The position numbers were made by a program, and so were the translations under genes. From the sequence record LR535917.1: a stretch of 64,000 nt of DNA. One strand, written 5' to 3'. The notes beneath the pieces were generated by a model. It searched no databases. It saw nothing but the letters and a program-made list of their open reading frames with translations, and was not told the origin of the DNA. Numbering within the stretch: the stretch's first letter is position 1; each line of letters opens with the position of its first letter. Below are positions 12,459 through 24,158 of the stretch, piece by piece.

Positions 12459-12938
12459 TTTGTACAGCGACCGGATACCAAAACTCTGGCCTCCATCGCT
12501 ATGTACTACGGTATGGAAATCCCTAATCGTGATGAACTATCAGTGGAGAAAATTTGCAGCAAAGATTTCAGGGCCGGTGATTGCCCAGGTGGTTGGTGGG
12601 GTGCAGTCGACCGTCACAATGGTGACGCGTTATGGCTTCGTGTAGTTGACATATCCTTCAACGGTCGTGTCGCTATCGTACACCGTCCTGGCGATAAAAT
12701 CAATCTTAATGATAAGCCGTTCTGGTGCAATGCGCGTAAGCTGCTTAAGAAACAGTGTGACGAATTCAGCGGGTTCCAGGGCAGTATTAACGGCAGCATT
12801 CCAGCATATACCCGCACCCTTTTTACTGTGCTGTTGATGGCAGTTGTTGTTGGGCTACGGATTTCTAAGGCACGCGCTATCGTGGAGATATCAAAAATGA
12901 AATGCAATAACGTTAATCGCCACTTGGCCAAAGTGGTG
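12399..12938 (+). CDS. Exported protein E2 (~163 aa)
   Basis: MKCNNVNRHLAKVVLFTVLLMAVVVGLRISKARA signal/anchor; contains PFWC motif. Confidence 0.65.
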
Positions 12939-13358
12939 CGAATTTGGTTGCTGTGAGCTTTTATCACAACGATGTGCTCGTCGGTCGCATCACCCTCATC
13001 GACATATCGTGCAATCAACCAAAAGTCACCTCGGTCAGTGTATCGCCACTGGAATTACGTAAGAACTGCACAGGGCTGGTTATCGCTGATAAGAAATTGA
13101 AAATGTATCAGCGGTTAAATGAAAAACCCGAACTGATGCGTGAGGTCGAACAGTTACAAATCTACAGACTGACGGACGTCGATAAGCCAGACGTGACTGA
13201 ATACACATCAGCTGATTCGGATTATGGCATTGCGCCGAAGAAGTTCTTACAAGCAGTAGTAGTTCTGGCCGCATGTGGTATTGCAGCAACTTATGCTTAC
13301 CCTCGGGTAGCCTATTCTTTTTTAAACCAATCGACTATAGAGTAAAACATGACTATCA
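12879..13358 (+). CDS. Exported protein E1 (~133 aa)
   Basis: MTIKKFLQAVVVLAACGIAATYA signal peptide. Confidence 0.7.
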
Positions 13359-14018
13359 TGTAAAATATCTCAGATATATATTACCTAGGTGAGAGTTAAG
13401 AGATTAACTCAACTGGCTCAAATATGCAAATCGCTAAGCGCGCGTTGGGTTTTCGTATTCTTAACACAACCTTCACATTGCTTCACAAGCTTTACGATTT
13501 ATCGATCGTTCAAATCAAACTGGTGGACTTTACGCCTGGCGAGATACCAACGACGATAGAGCTGCACCAAAAAACAGATTGGCGACACAAAATCGAAGCT
13601 CCAACTATAAACGGTAAAGTCCACCATCGCTTACTTGGAGCACAGTTGCCGAGACTAGTTATGGAATACGCTAAGCGAAATAACTACATCGATGCGCGGC
13701 TGATGGTCACGGAAGGCAACATCATTTACGAATACTTTCGCAGCATTCTATACGAGGAAAAGATAAACGTCAAAACTTTCTCTGCGATTTTCATCGATAA
13801 GGTTATTCCGGACTCGGAAAGTGGTAAGGCGGCGGGACTAACTTCTGCGCAGCACGGGGACAAGGTCATTACAATGCATTCACGTGGGAACGAAGTGGAC
13901 CTGCACGTAATGCGTAGTCGTGGCTTGTTCCCAGTGGGGCTTGACGTAAGTGGGTTAAAATTTGAGGTGTGGTATATGACAGAACGTATTTTACGACTGC
14001 AAGAGAACAGGTTAGAAG
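13359..14018 (+). CDS. Hypothetical protein (~195 aa)
   Basis: RBS gaggtg, MTERILRLQENRLE..., open to a stop at 13361-13363. Confidence 0.6.
13371..13393 (+). promoter_or_regulatory. phiKZ-type early promoter (TATATTAC core)
   Basis: CAGATATATATTACCTAGGTGAG lies intergenic, directly upstream (native order) of E1; TATATTAC is the reported phiKZ early-promoter core. Confidence 0.7.
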
Positions 14019-14020
14019 TA

Positions 14021-14061
14021 TCTCCAGTAACCACGAGGGTTACTGGAGTCCTCTTATTTTT
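14021..14061 (+). terminator. Intrinsic terminator
   Basis: ctccagtaacc-acgag-ggttactggag then tcctcttatttttt. Confidence 0.75.
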
Positions 14062-14078
14062 TACACTTAACTCAAATT

Positions 14079-14618
14079 TGTTTATCACACATTTCACCCA
14101 GCGCGCATCACTTTCATCGAAACGTTGAGTGTGTAGTTGTTGCTGAGCGGATACGATGGCGCAATACACGCAGCCGAAGGCCCGCACACGCCGGTAACTG
14201 ACAAATTACCTCTGTGGGCATCGGTGGCGTATAACTGCAGTGGGATATATGACCATCTCCAAGAGCGTCATCCTGAAAAGGGTTTAATGGAAATTTATCA
14301 CCAACACCCTAAAGAGTTCCAGACAGTGGCACAGAAGAAAGGGAGGCTGCTCACTGAAACGAATGAGTGGGAGCGTATTCCAACCGACCCATTTGTCGAC
14401 ATGGGTAATTTCCGCGATATTCTTTCCCCGCATCAATAGAATCCCAGCTGGCTAATCAACCACGTTTCTTTGGAAATCACCAATCCGTTTATCAACGACC
14501 TGTCGCGTTCACAGGTTGTTTATAAAGACATCGATGTGCCTGCCGAAATCGTTAAAGCGAGCTTTATGATGAAACTCGAAGGCTACGTTGTTACTGATAA
14601 ACCTTTTGCTGAAGCCAA
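14079..14618 (+). CDS. Hypothetical protein (~170 aa)
   Basis: MMKLEGYVVTDKPF... overlaps the upstream stop (ttATGA); joins ORF-track 14137..14439. Confidence 0.55.
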
Positions 14619-15218
14619 TACACTTCTTTGAAAGCCAAACCTGCCATCTTGTAGAAAGCTTAACATACCACTTTAAAGCCGGATTAAAGCAGGACGTAAT
14701 CGTTTATAATCTCGGCGGTGTGCCTATTGAGCCCATTTTTACTCTTTCCTCGTCAGAGAGTGAACTCGCAACCGAATCGTTTCTTAGCGAAGTCGAGGTA
14801 CCGACCGTTTTGCGTTTACAGGATGTGTCTGGTAGTAGCGACGACGGGGAAACAACGAAAGTCCGTACACCGCTACTGGAGGTTACACTCCCGCCAGATA
14901 TTCGTATCAGTAAAACCGGCATTTGCTGTGGCGTCAGTGAGCTTGATCCCAATCTATTCGCCAACTATCTTGCGCGTACCAAACAGATCAAGGGGATATT
15001 TGAACGCAAAACGACAAGCTTGTCGACCTTACTGAGCTTTGAAAGTGATTTACCGGATAACCCCGACCAGCTGCTGGTGTTCCTTTATAGCGATAAAGTA
15101 GAAATTCGAAACGATATCTGGCAAGAGCACATCCGCAACGATCCGGAGTGGGAAGGAGACGGTTTCCGTAACCACCGCGGTATTTACATTGCGTAAGGTG
15201 AATGTATGTTCCGTTTAC
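14559..15218 (+). CDS. Hypothetical protein (~200 aa)
   Basis: MFRLLEIRNDIWQEH... ends ...FKGAL*. Confidence 0.55.
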
Positions 15219-15818
15219 ATCTGGTTTGCTACACCCCATCCGTTGAGCACACCTATGCGCGTTACCTTACCGAAGAACACGGCGGGATGGATTGGCTAAA
15301 CGTCATGTTACCGGGCCTAGCCGAAGGTCAGGAATTGCACAGTAACCCAGCGCATATTGTTCAGCCACTAACGCTGTCGCAAGATACGTTACAGCAGAGC
15401 ACGGTACTAGTAGATGGTTCCCGCCCGGCTATTCTTCGTTTTACGAAAAGCGAAGACGTACGTCGTTATAAATCATCCTACGAACAGAAAGCGAAGGTGG
15501 TTGCTTTTGACTTACCACCCCGTCTAGTGATGTTGTATAACGTGATGGCTACCGTACTAGATACCGATATTGGACTGTTCCAACGCGAAGGTGTTCCGAT
15601 GATGGTGTTCGTAAAACACGTCACCACCGATAACGACGTGAAAGCCCCACGGGTAGTAGAAGGTTGCGAGAAATACAAAGAAGCAGACTTCGTGGTATCA
15701 CAACCAATTATTGAACAACATGAAATGAACTACGAAGAACTGACCCGCCGCTATCGCGGTCATCGGGGGTCTTGTACCCCCTTCTTATTTTTTAACCGTA
15801 AAGAGTATTTAACCATGC
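15159..15818 (+). CDS. Hypothetical protein (~195 aa)
   Basis: MPQPIIEQHEMNYEEL... ends ...HRGIYIA*. Confidence 0.55.
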
Positions 15819-17078
15819 AAGTGACTAAGTACGGCCGTCAACTGTTGTTTGTCGCAGATTTGCGTTTACTGTAATCTCAACTGAAACAGTGGCATTACGA
15901 CGCTATCATCAAATGGGGTGTTAACAATGGCTGGAAAGTTGCCGAACCTGCTTATTTGATGTCGGCGAAGGCGGTACGGGATGCGTGGGGTACCAGCGCG
16001 CTGCAGCGTGTGAACAGTTCCGTTGTTTCTCGCCTGCCAGATTCTGAAATGCGCTCCGTGTTTGACTGTCGACCGACAAATACAATATCGCCTGCGTTCT
16101 GGATACAGGTGTCAGGAAAAATACTGTTAAGCATCTATAAGCGTAAGACCCCGGCCAGTGAAAATGACACGGCCTGGGATGTGGTTAATGAGAAGGTCGT
16201 CACCCTTCTTAACGTTTTCCGCGAAGTTATCCAATCGGCAGTAATGCCGATAACAGAGCCAGGAAACCTTAAAGATTACTATAAGGTCGAAAAAGGCGGG
16301 ACATCTGATGAAAACGCTAACCATTATTTCGGTGAGATGTTAGACGCCGATGTTTGGTACACCAAAGAAGCACTGCGTGATCTAGTCACCATAGCCAATG
16401 ATGGCAATACGATGTTCTGCAGATTCTACACGAAAAACGCACCGCGTGAAGCAGCCAAACCTGTGGAAATTGACGAAGAGTTCCCCGAATTCACTGCGTA
16501 CCAAATTACTACCGTATGGAATAGAGCGGTAAGCAAGCAGAAATTACAAAACTTTAATTCAGAGCGACTCGATGTTGATGCGGAAGTGTTGGTGCAGCTG
16601 CCGGCACTAAGCGATAGCAACTGGTGGACTGGCGGAGAGCTGAATACAGGGTTTAATGGGGTGCACTACATTCTTACTCTGCTGACCGGTAAACCGGTGT
16701 TCGAGTTAACACCTGACATAGCTTACCTATCGGGTAATCAAAACATCGGACGCGCCATTGCTGAGGGTAACACAATGTACGTCTCTGACTTAGCGCCGTG
16801 GGTTGAGTTAACCATGACATTCGAAGGGGATTCGCGGGCAACCGTTGTCGAAAAGCGGCTGCTTGACAAAGGGGAAGTAAAGTGCCGTTTAGGCCACCGG
16901 AGTATGGCTTACAGCGACGTAACGTGGCAGGATTGTGCGTACCTGCCACAAAAGCTCTCATTCTTTAATGCAGTAATTACTAACTCAATTGTACTGTTGG
17001 GAATGCAGTTCAGTATTCTTTAAAGGAAATACCAAATGTATAACGAATACGAATTAGTTTACCAGACACCGAAAGAAG
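15819..17078 (+). CDS. Hypothetical protein (~400 aa)
   Basis: RBS aaagga, MYNEYELVYQTPKEA... ends ...FVADLRLL*. Confidence 0.6.
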
Positions 17079-17138
17079 CCCACAGTCGCTTAAACACCAA
17101 CTGTTCTTTAGTAACAGTTTTTGGTCACTTTAGTGTAC

Positions 17139-17558
17139 TGCTGGTCGTATACTAAGTTTTTACAGATAGATGTCATCTTAGTGAGCATTGTGTATAAAGT
17201 TACCAGCGGTTAAGTAACGACTACGCATTACTGAATCTGGCTATCGATGACTGCGTCGTGCAAAGCGCGGTATACGCCATGCCGACTGAACAATTAAGTC
17301 AGTTTGAAAAAGGGATGCTGCGCTTTTACAAAGTCGGGGAAGTAGACCAATTCTACGACGAACTGTTTACGGGGGTAGCTGCGTTACAGAAAGCCAGTAA
17401 CGGGAAGCTAGACAGCGTCTTTGCTAACAATCAAAGAATGTCTTTATTTCAAACCATTAAAAGTGCATTAGAGCGTAATGATGCAGACAGTGCCTTTACA
17501 TCCTTTTTTGTTTTTGTAGTTGACCTTGACTTTTAACCTAACGAGGAGTGCAGTACCA
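17139..17558 (+). CDS. Hypothetical protein (~105 aa)
   Basis: RBS gaggag; ATG is formed across a junction (a17558 + tg17439-40); MSLFQTIKSALERND...VLVVY*. Confidence 0.6.
17163..17185 (+). promoter_or_regulatory. Putative phage promoter motif
   Basis: CAGATAGATGTCATCTTAGTGAG, 17/23 identical to the 13371 motif, intergenic and upstream (native order) of the 15.8-17.1 kb gene. Confidence 0.55.
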
Positions 17559-17678
17559 GGGGTAAGGGGGTTTATGTATTGGATGCGAACATAAACGGAG
17601 GTATCCGTAGGATACCGACCTCTCATACTACACTTTTTTACGTTTCGATCTCATCGTTTGACAATCGAGGAGAGTACG

Positions 17679-18638
17679 CCGCGACGATACCTATCGAGAA
17701 GATGTGCAACCCTGACTTAGATTTATTCATACCACCCTTAATAAAGTTAACTTCGATAGGGATGACTTTAACTCGAGTGGCACCACGAGGTTTATCTTCA
17801 CTTAAACTGTTGTGTTGCTTCTCTACAGGTGTCTCTGTTGCATCGACAGCTGTAGGATTGGACTTCATCCATTTTGCAGTGATGGCATTACCTTGCTTTA
17901 CAGTAAGGTTGTCAGTACTACGCCAGATTCTTACGTAGTCTTCTTTTTTCACATCCGGAGGGTTAACCCGGTTGCTGTCCAGTCGCTTAACGTTACTATT
18001 GTTTAAATCTTCCCAGAAGTACATATCGGTTTCACCGATAGAGAGGTCATCGGCCATCTGGTTTACTGGGTCAGCAGACCAGGCGTATACCCCATCTTTC
18101 ATACTGGTGCGTAAAGTAACGTGACCATCCATCGGGGAGATATTCAGTACGTAGGCGTACTGGAAAAACCCATCGCGCGTGTTCAATTGAAATAGATACG
18201 CGTTTTTCTCACCGTTAGCAAACCCTAAGTCATCCTCTGGGGAGTTAAGGTAGAACTTACGCCCTTCGTCATCTACTAGTTTAGCATAAATGAAAGCGTC
18301 CTCTTTATTGATATTAACCTTCGATCGGCAGGCGTTTTCTGTAGAGTTGCGAGTTTCGCACTTCTCGTTAATCGTTTTTGTCTCGAGATTAATAGAACAT
18401 AGATTCGTTGGACAATCGGTCTTCCAGTCTTCAGTCGTCCATGCCATGTTTTTCGACGCCTTACCTTCACCCTTGCCCTTATAGAGGAAGTCCTTGCCTA
18501 CTTCCAGGTTGCCGGTAATATGCAAGTGAAGACTAAAGGTAATACCACCGATGATCGATTCACTAACCGTGAACGTACCAGCTCACACGTAATTAAATTA
18601 GTGCGGTGTGCTAGTGTCGTTGCCCGGACCATGGCCAG
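17679..18638 (-). CDS. Baseplate central spike (gpV/gp5-type, phiKZ-like, ~310 aa)
   Basis: MNKSKSGLHIFSIGIVAEDKP...ITAKW...NRVNPPDVKKEDYVRIWR...FQLNT...HITGNLEV...; C-terminal SLHLHTG is an HxH iron-binding apex motif. Confidence 0.75.
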
Positions 18639-18818
18639 TAACTGTGTACAAGCGATTCGGGTTATCGTTACAGTTAGGAGGTTTATTGTCACAATATATA
18701 ACTGCCCCGACTCGTAAATTAGTTGACAATAAACCGGCTTTTGTGCGAAAAAAGTGGCTCCATTAACAAATGATAGCAGAAGAACCCTATGTTCAACTAC
18801 TTGTACTTCGAGGCATAT
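18579..18818 (+). CDS. Small hypothetical protein (~60 aa)
   Basis: MIAEEPYVQLLVLRGIL...SQYTAHT* open after re-joining, convergent with the spike gene. Confidence 0.4.
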
Positions 18819-19058
18819 TTCTACCAGACCAGAAACGTCGCTGCCTGCGGTGATTTCACGAATGCTCATTTACTTATCAGCCAGCGCTTCGGTAACTTCG
18901 GTAACGGTGCTCAGTCCAGAAACCTGAACAGTGCCTGCGTTGTTGCCGCCACAAGCGGTAACTTTGAATGCTACGCCGCCTTCAGCTTCAGCTTTTTTTC
19001 TTTTTTGCCTGCAGGCCGATTACGCGTTTACGTAATAGATGGCGTTGCCGAACATTTT
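18819..19058 (-). CDS. DUF1471 (YdgH/BhsA/McbA-like) protein, 69 aa, no signal peptide
   Basis: RBS ggag; MSIREITAGSDVSGLVEAGTVQVSGLSTVTEVTEALAKKAEAEGGVAFKVTACGGNNKMFGNAIYYVNA* matches the GxV...LAxKA...G...IT...N....AxIY pattern. Confidence 0.75.
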
Positions 19059-20378
19059 TACAAAGCAAGAAAAAAATAAAAGGTAAACCCTACTCCCATT
19101 GGGAGTAGGGTACCTATAGCGCAGGCAATCGTCGGGCCTTTCGGGGCTTGGGGTAAGCCGTTTGTTGAAATGCATCGCGATCGGGAAAACTTTTTGTTGG
19201 GGAACGCGCGTTGGTATAACCAGAATTTGGTAAACGACTGTGTAGGGTACTGGCCGACCTGGGAAGAAGGGGAGTGGGTCTTCAATACCACATTCTTCGA
19301 CCCGACTGACCCAGATGGGAAGAAGACGCTAGGTCCTATCTTTAACCGTATTGGTAAACTCGAAAAAGAGATTCACGGAATAAGCCACAACGCTATCTGG
19401 GGCCGGTTCTATTTAAAAACGTTAAAAGCGTTGCTGACGCACGAATCCTCGTTTATCTTTACGATAGACAACCCGTATGCCATCGGTGTAGGTGATTTAA
19501 GTACGCCTACGTCCGTTCAACGTATTCGTAACTCAGAACTGCCAAACCTTAGCGTGGCGAAGATTGTATTGGAAACCCGTCGCTATTACGATTGGGACGG
19601 TATTCTGCATTGGTTGCCACCGCAGGGCTATTTCAGCGACCGTGCGATTATGCTGAGTTCGTTAATGTTGACCTTACCCGATTCCATTACAGGGAAAACC
19701 GTTGGGTTCGTCATCGGGACTTACCCCATATCCGGTTTAACGATGAACAAACTCGATACTACGCGAGATTACTATTCTCGGAGAGCCAACACACCCGACA
19801 TCGGCTGTCTAGTGATGGCGAATATTGGTAAAGTGAAGTGGGTACCGCACCAATCTGACCCAGTGGGTGTTCGCTTAACCGGCGCTGGTAACATCGTGTG
19901 CGACGATGAGTGGAAAGAGAAATACCGTACTGGGGTACTGTACAACATCAACGGTCAACCTGGGTACCACTACACTCAGGACTTCAATCCTGATGATGCA
20001 CACGACGTTGTTGTAGTCGTTGAGGCACACTACCAGTCTATTAATGCAGATGTGCCCGTAGAAACGCACCTGTGCCCTAACACCAAGTCAGGAATCGCAA
20101 TTCCAACGCTTGGGAAGGGCCTACCGAAGCTCGAATTCTATAGCCAGTATCACCTGGCTGATTTACAAAACCGTACGGACACGTTGCAAGATTGGTTATG
20201 TGCTAACTACCACTTTTTCGAAGTAGGACTAGAAGCACTAGGTGCTGAATACACCTTCTTCTCTCGAGACACCCGAACTTGGGGAACCATCGATGTCACG
20301 CAGCCCTTAAATACCCTTCCTTAGAGGAAACAGCCAGTGACTACTGCTTATCAAGTGCGGGCCGACAGCGCTTTTGGC
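19059..20378 (+). CDS. Hypothetical, probably virion protein (~420 aa)
   Basis: RBS gagga, GTG start (M)TTAYQVRADSAFGFSRDT..., ends ...YKARKK*; divergent from the tail gene array. Confidence 0.6.
19079..19118. terminator. Bidirectional terminator between convergent genes
   Basis: accctactccc-att-gggagtagggt; A tract before, T tract after re-joining to 18999. Confidence 0.8.
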
Positions 20379-23300
20379 ACGACAGCCATTTTACACTCCT
20401 TTTCTCTGAGGGCGTCGAGTTCATACTATGACCCGAATATCGGCGTTACCGCTTCACCGGTCTGCATATTCCCCGGTTCTTGATAGTGCGGGTCAGGGAC
20501 CAGGGATGTGGTATAAAAGGGGGCGTGTGCGGGGAACAGCATCCGGTACTTAGTACCGTACGCATGGGTGATGACGTAATCATCACCTAATGTTAATTTC
20601 TTGCCGCCACTCTTGACCGGGTTGGTAATCCACACGCCGCCGTGACAAACATGACCAGTGCGGGCCATGCCCGTAACGGCAGTGGCTTCACCGATGCCAA
20701 TTGCGTGGTAATCGAGTGTAAAGCCACTCTGATATTTCCATTGGCAGTCAACGGGATAGCGATCTTTATTCGCTTCTCGTTCTGCGGCGATCATTTCTTT
20801 TTCCCAGTCGAACTTAATATCGACCGGTGGGAAATATAAATCCCCAATGACGTTATCCTCACCGAGCTTAGCACCAACCGCAACAATGGCTTCCATCAAC
20901 TCGGATTCGCCACGCCAGCCGGCGCGATATTGAAGGTCTAACGTGTTACGAGCAATCGGGTCAACGCGACTGATCGCTTACGTGTAGCCGCCAGTACCGT
21001 CGTACGTCGCATACTGCTCGGATGTGATAAGCGTGACAGAATACGCATCGAATGTCGTATTCTGGTAAGATAACGAATAACGACGACGTGACGCGTTATC
21101 GCCTGGGTTCAACGTTGTTTCCGGTGGAATGCTCGGTAAACGGTATTTTACCGCTAACAACTGAAGACGCAGGATACTCGCCCCACCGTTTGCGTAACAG
21201 AGCATCCAATCGATCAACTAATTGGACGAACCGGAACCAATCGCTGTCGTTAAAGTAAGATAAATCGCGCGTTGCTTCCTAAACTCAACCTCACCCGCCA
21301 ACTCGGTATCGGTCAGGCCAGTCGTCAACGTATAGCTGGTTTGCTTGCTTGTTTTAACGGTGATGTCGTAAACGCCGTTACCATCGCGTCTGACCACGTT
21401 CTGATACCCTGGCGCAAATTCGCTCGGTGGGTTGTCAACGTTAAAGCTGTAGTTAACGCCTGCCCACCAGTTTAGGTTGACGCCCGATTTAAACTTCAAC
21501 CATTTTGCGACATCAGTTTTGTTAACGTCAGGTGCCGGTGCGCCTGGTAATGAACGAATCTGGACGTAATCGTTCTCAGCATCACGGTACAGTTTATCGA
21601 CAATCTGGTGATATTTTACCAGCAGCTGGTACACGTCAATTGCGCCCCACGAATCGCGATGTGGGTTATCCTTGCGCGGCACGTGCGCATGTGCCGGTTG
21701 CGTTTTTCCGTATACCAGTGTCGCGTCCGAAGCAATACCGTTATTCTCCAAAGCACGGTTATTCGCCAGCGTTGACAGTTTCGGCAACAGATTGTTAACG
21801 TAATCTGTCAGCTGCGGTCCAGGCTTCATACCGAACGTGCCGTTGATAGACTGTGCAGCCGCCGGTAAACGTAAAAGCAATTGTGCACCCACGCCTTCAG
21901 ACTCATCGGTACCCACTGCCGACGTTATCGAAGTCAGGCCGGCGTTAACGGTTTGCGAATCGCGTCCAATAAAACGGATAACCCTCGGGTCAACCGTGCG
22001 GGAATCCGGATAAAGGATGAGCTGGTTAGCCCCACTTTGCCATGTAATCGGGTTGTTCGGCAAATACGGCCCGACCGTAGTAGGGTCCAACAGTTTCTTA
22101 CCGTTGAACTCCAATCCAATGGTTACAGTAGCTGTGGAAGTTCCGTAAAACAGTCCATCGCCACCTGACTCGTTACCCTCGGACTCCGGTGGAACAAAGG
22201 TACAAATAAACGGAACAGACTGAATACCGTTACCGTTAAAGTCCTCACGATCGCCGAATTCAGTAGCCAACAAACGGACAGCCATCAGGCCAAGGTCAGC
22301 AACCAACTTGCCCGTAAACTGCTGATCCAATTTCTTGATGAGTGCCGGCGTTGCGGCCTTAGTTTTATCGATGTAAATAGAACTCGTCAGTGGCATGTCG
22401 TTGATGTACGATTTAACGTGGAGCGGGGAAATCGGCAATTGTACATCTGGGACGTTCTGTACGTTCGATAAGCCAAAGCCGAACGCAGCAGAAGTGTGTG
22501 TGTGACCGACGACTGCATACTTGTCCAGCTCAGCTTGTTCGTCAACCGCGGTGCCGAACTGTACTAAACCGAACTCCGTCGTTGTTGCACGCTTAATCAT
22601 CTCTGTGATGGCGTCCGCCTGTCGGATGACCTCACCACCGTCTAATGCCAGAGTGGCAAAACCGTAACGAATAATGTTGATTGAAGCACCAGAGTCGACT
22701 GTCTTCGCGACCTTCTCTTTAATAGTAACCATCCAGTCGGTGTAAGTGATGCCGTTTTCAATGATATCTGTGCCGGGTGCCAGGTTAAATGTGGAGAGAG
22801 GTACTTTGTACTCGCGACCAACGAAATAATCGTTCGCTCCCGCCGCGTCAACATACACGCCAAACTCAGCATCTTCGTGCGTCGCTGGGAATAGCTCCGT
22901 CATCGTCTCAGTTTCTGCCGTGTTTGGATTTTCGTAGATAATGTACTTGCCAGCATCGACGTTGCGGATTTCTACAAAAACCACACCGGTTTCACTGGTG
23001 ATGATGGAACCTATTTTGATATGGGCGTTATCATCCTCGATATGCTCGCCTAATTCACGAAACTCACCTAAACGCGTCCACACAGGCCCGCCTGTACCGT
23101 AAGTAAATCCGAATTCAGCTTGCGTCATGCCCCGTCGACTAGCCTGCGCGTAACGCCAATCGGCATCTATACGTTTTGTACCCGGTGCACCCGTGGACTT
23201 AAACGTCCATTTATCAGCAGCCGGATCGTAGTCCGCTTTCAACATAGGCGTATAGCTGTGGAACATCGGGAATGTGTTGTGGACAAAACGATAATCGGTT

Positions 23301-24158
23301 ACAGATAAACTGGTTGTTTCTAGCACACTGTCCGCTGTTGCGGTTAAAGGTGTCCACGTTGCGGTAATGCCGTTATTCACGAGTACAGAAATACGGTGCA
23401 TGAACGTGGCCGAGTGATGGCAACACCCAATTACCGTTGCGATTCCCGCATACGTGCTCACGCCGCCTGGAGTGGTAATACGCCCTGCGGTGCGTGCGCC
23501 GGAACCAGTAACGCCGTTCAAGCCAATAACAACCTGTGCAGCACGTCCGTAGTTAACCCCGTCCGCTGTTCGCGCGTGGCTGAAACGCACCGATGGATTA
23601 AGTGCCGTCCAGTCATGGAGCGTCAGCTCAAAGTTGATCGTTTTAGAATCGATGTTAATCGTTCCCACGAACGAAATATCAGTCCACGACTCGCCGGTCG
23701 ACTGCAAGGTGTATTTCAGCGTCTTTGTTGTCGCGGTTGGATCGGTAATCAGTTTCGTCAAGTCGATATAGTCAGGACGGAGACGGGTAGACAAATCCAA
23801 ACGCACTTCTGTGTCGGAACTAAACAAACCACCCACGCCGTGATAAATCGGCGTACTCTCAAGGAACGTGGCGTAATAACGATTCTTTGTCGGCATCGTG
23901 TTCAGGTTAGCGTAAGTCGCATCCACCACGCCAGTAAAGAATCTTGCGCGGTTTAAGCCGGAATAGTTAATCGCATAGCGGAACGAACTGTATGAATAGT
24001 TGCACATCGCGCTGTTCATCTCATTAATCGTTGAACCTTTGAACGTCATCATCTTGGATGGGTGCGCCGCCGGTGGAATTTTACCTGTATCCACTGGGTT
24101 CATTCAAAAATCTCCTTAATCACGAATAATAAGTGTTCGACCTGACGTGTTTTTCGGA
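20379..24158 (-). CDS. Large tail/baseplate fibre protein A (~1237 aa); joins ORF-track 20426, 20978 and 21218 ORFs
   Basis: MAVVPDPHYQEPGN...PAHAPFY...LTLGDDYV N-domain; fibre repeats ATTTEFGLVQFGT, HTHTSAAFGFGLSNVQNVPDVQLPIS, NPHRD; stop at 21218 is a junction chimera. Confidence 0.75.

Noticed and set aside
17600-17616. Hairpin ggtatcc-gta-ggatacc as a terminator
   Set aside because: It lies in a divergent intergenic region with no gene ending just upstream on either strand; role unclear.
18498-18869. 123-aa minus-strand ORF from the track
   Set aside because: A chimera of the DUF1471 start, antisense of a small + gene and an off-frame reading of the spike C-terminus; it dissolves on reordering.
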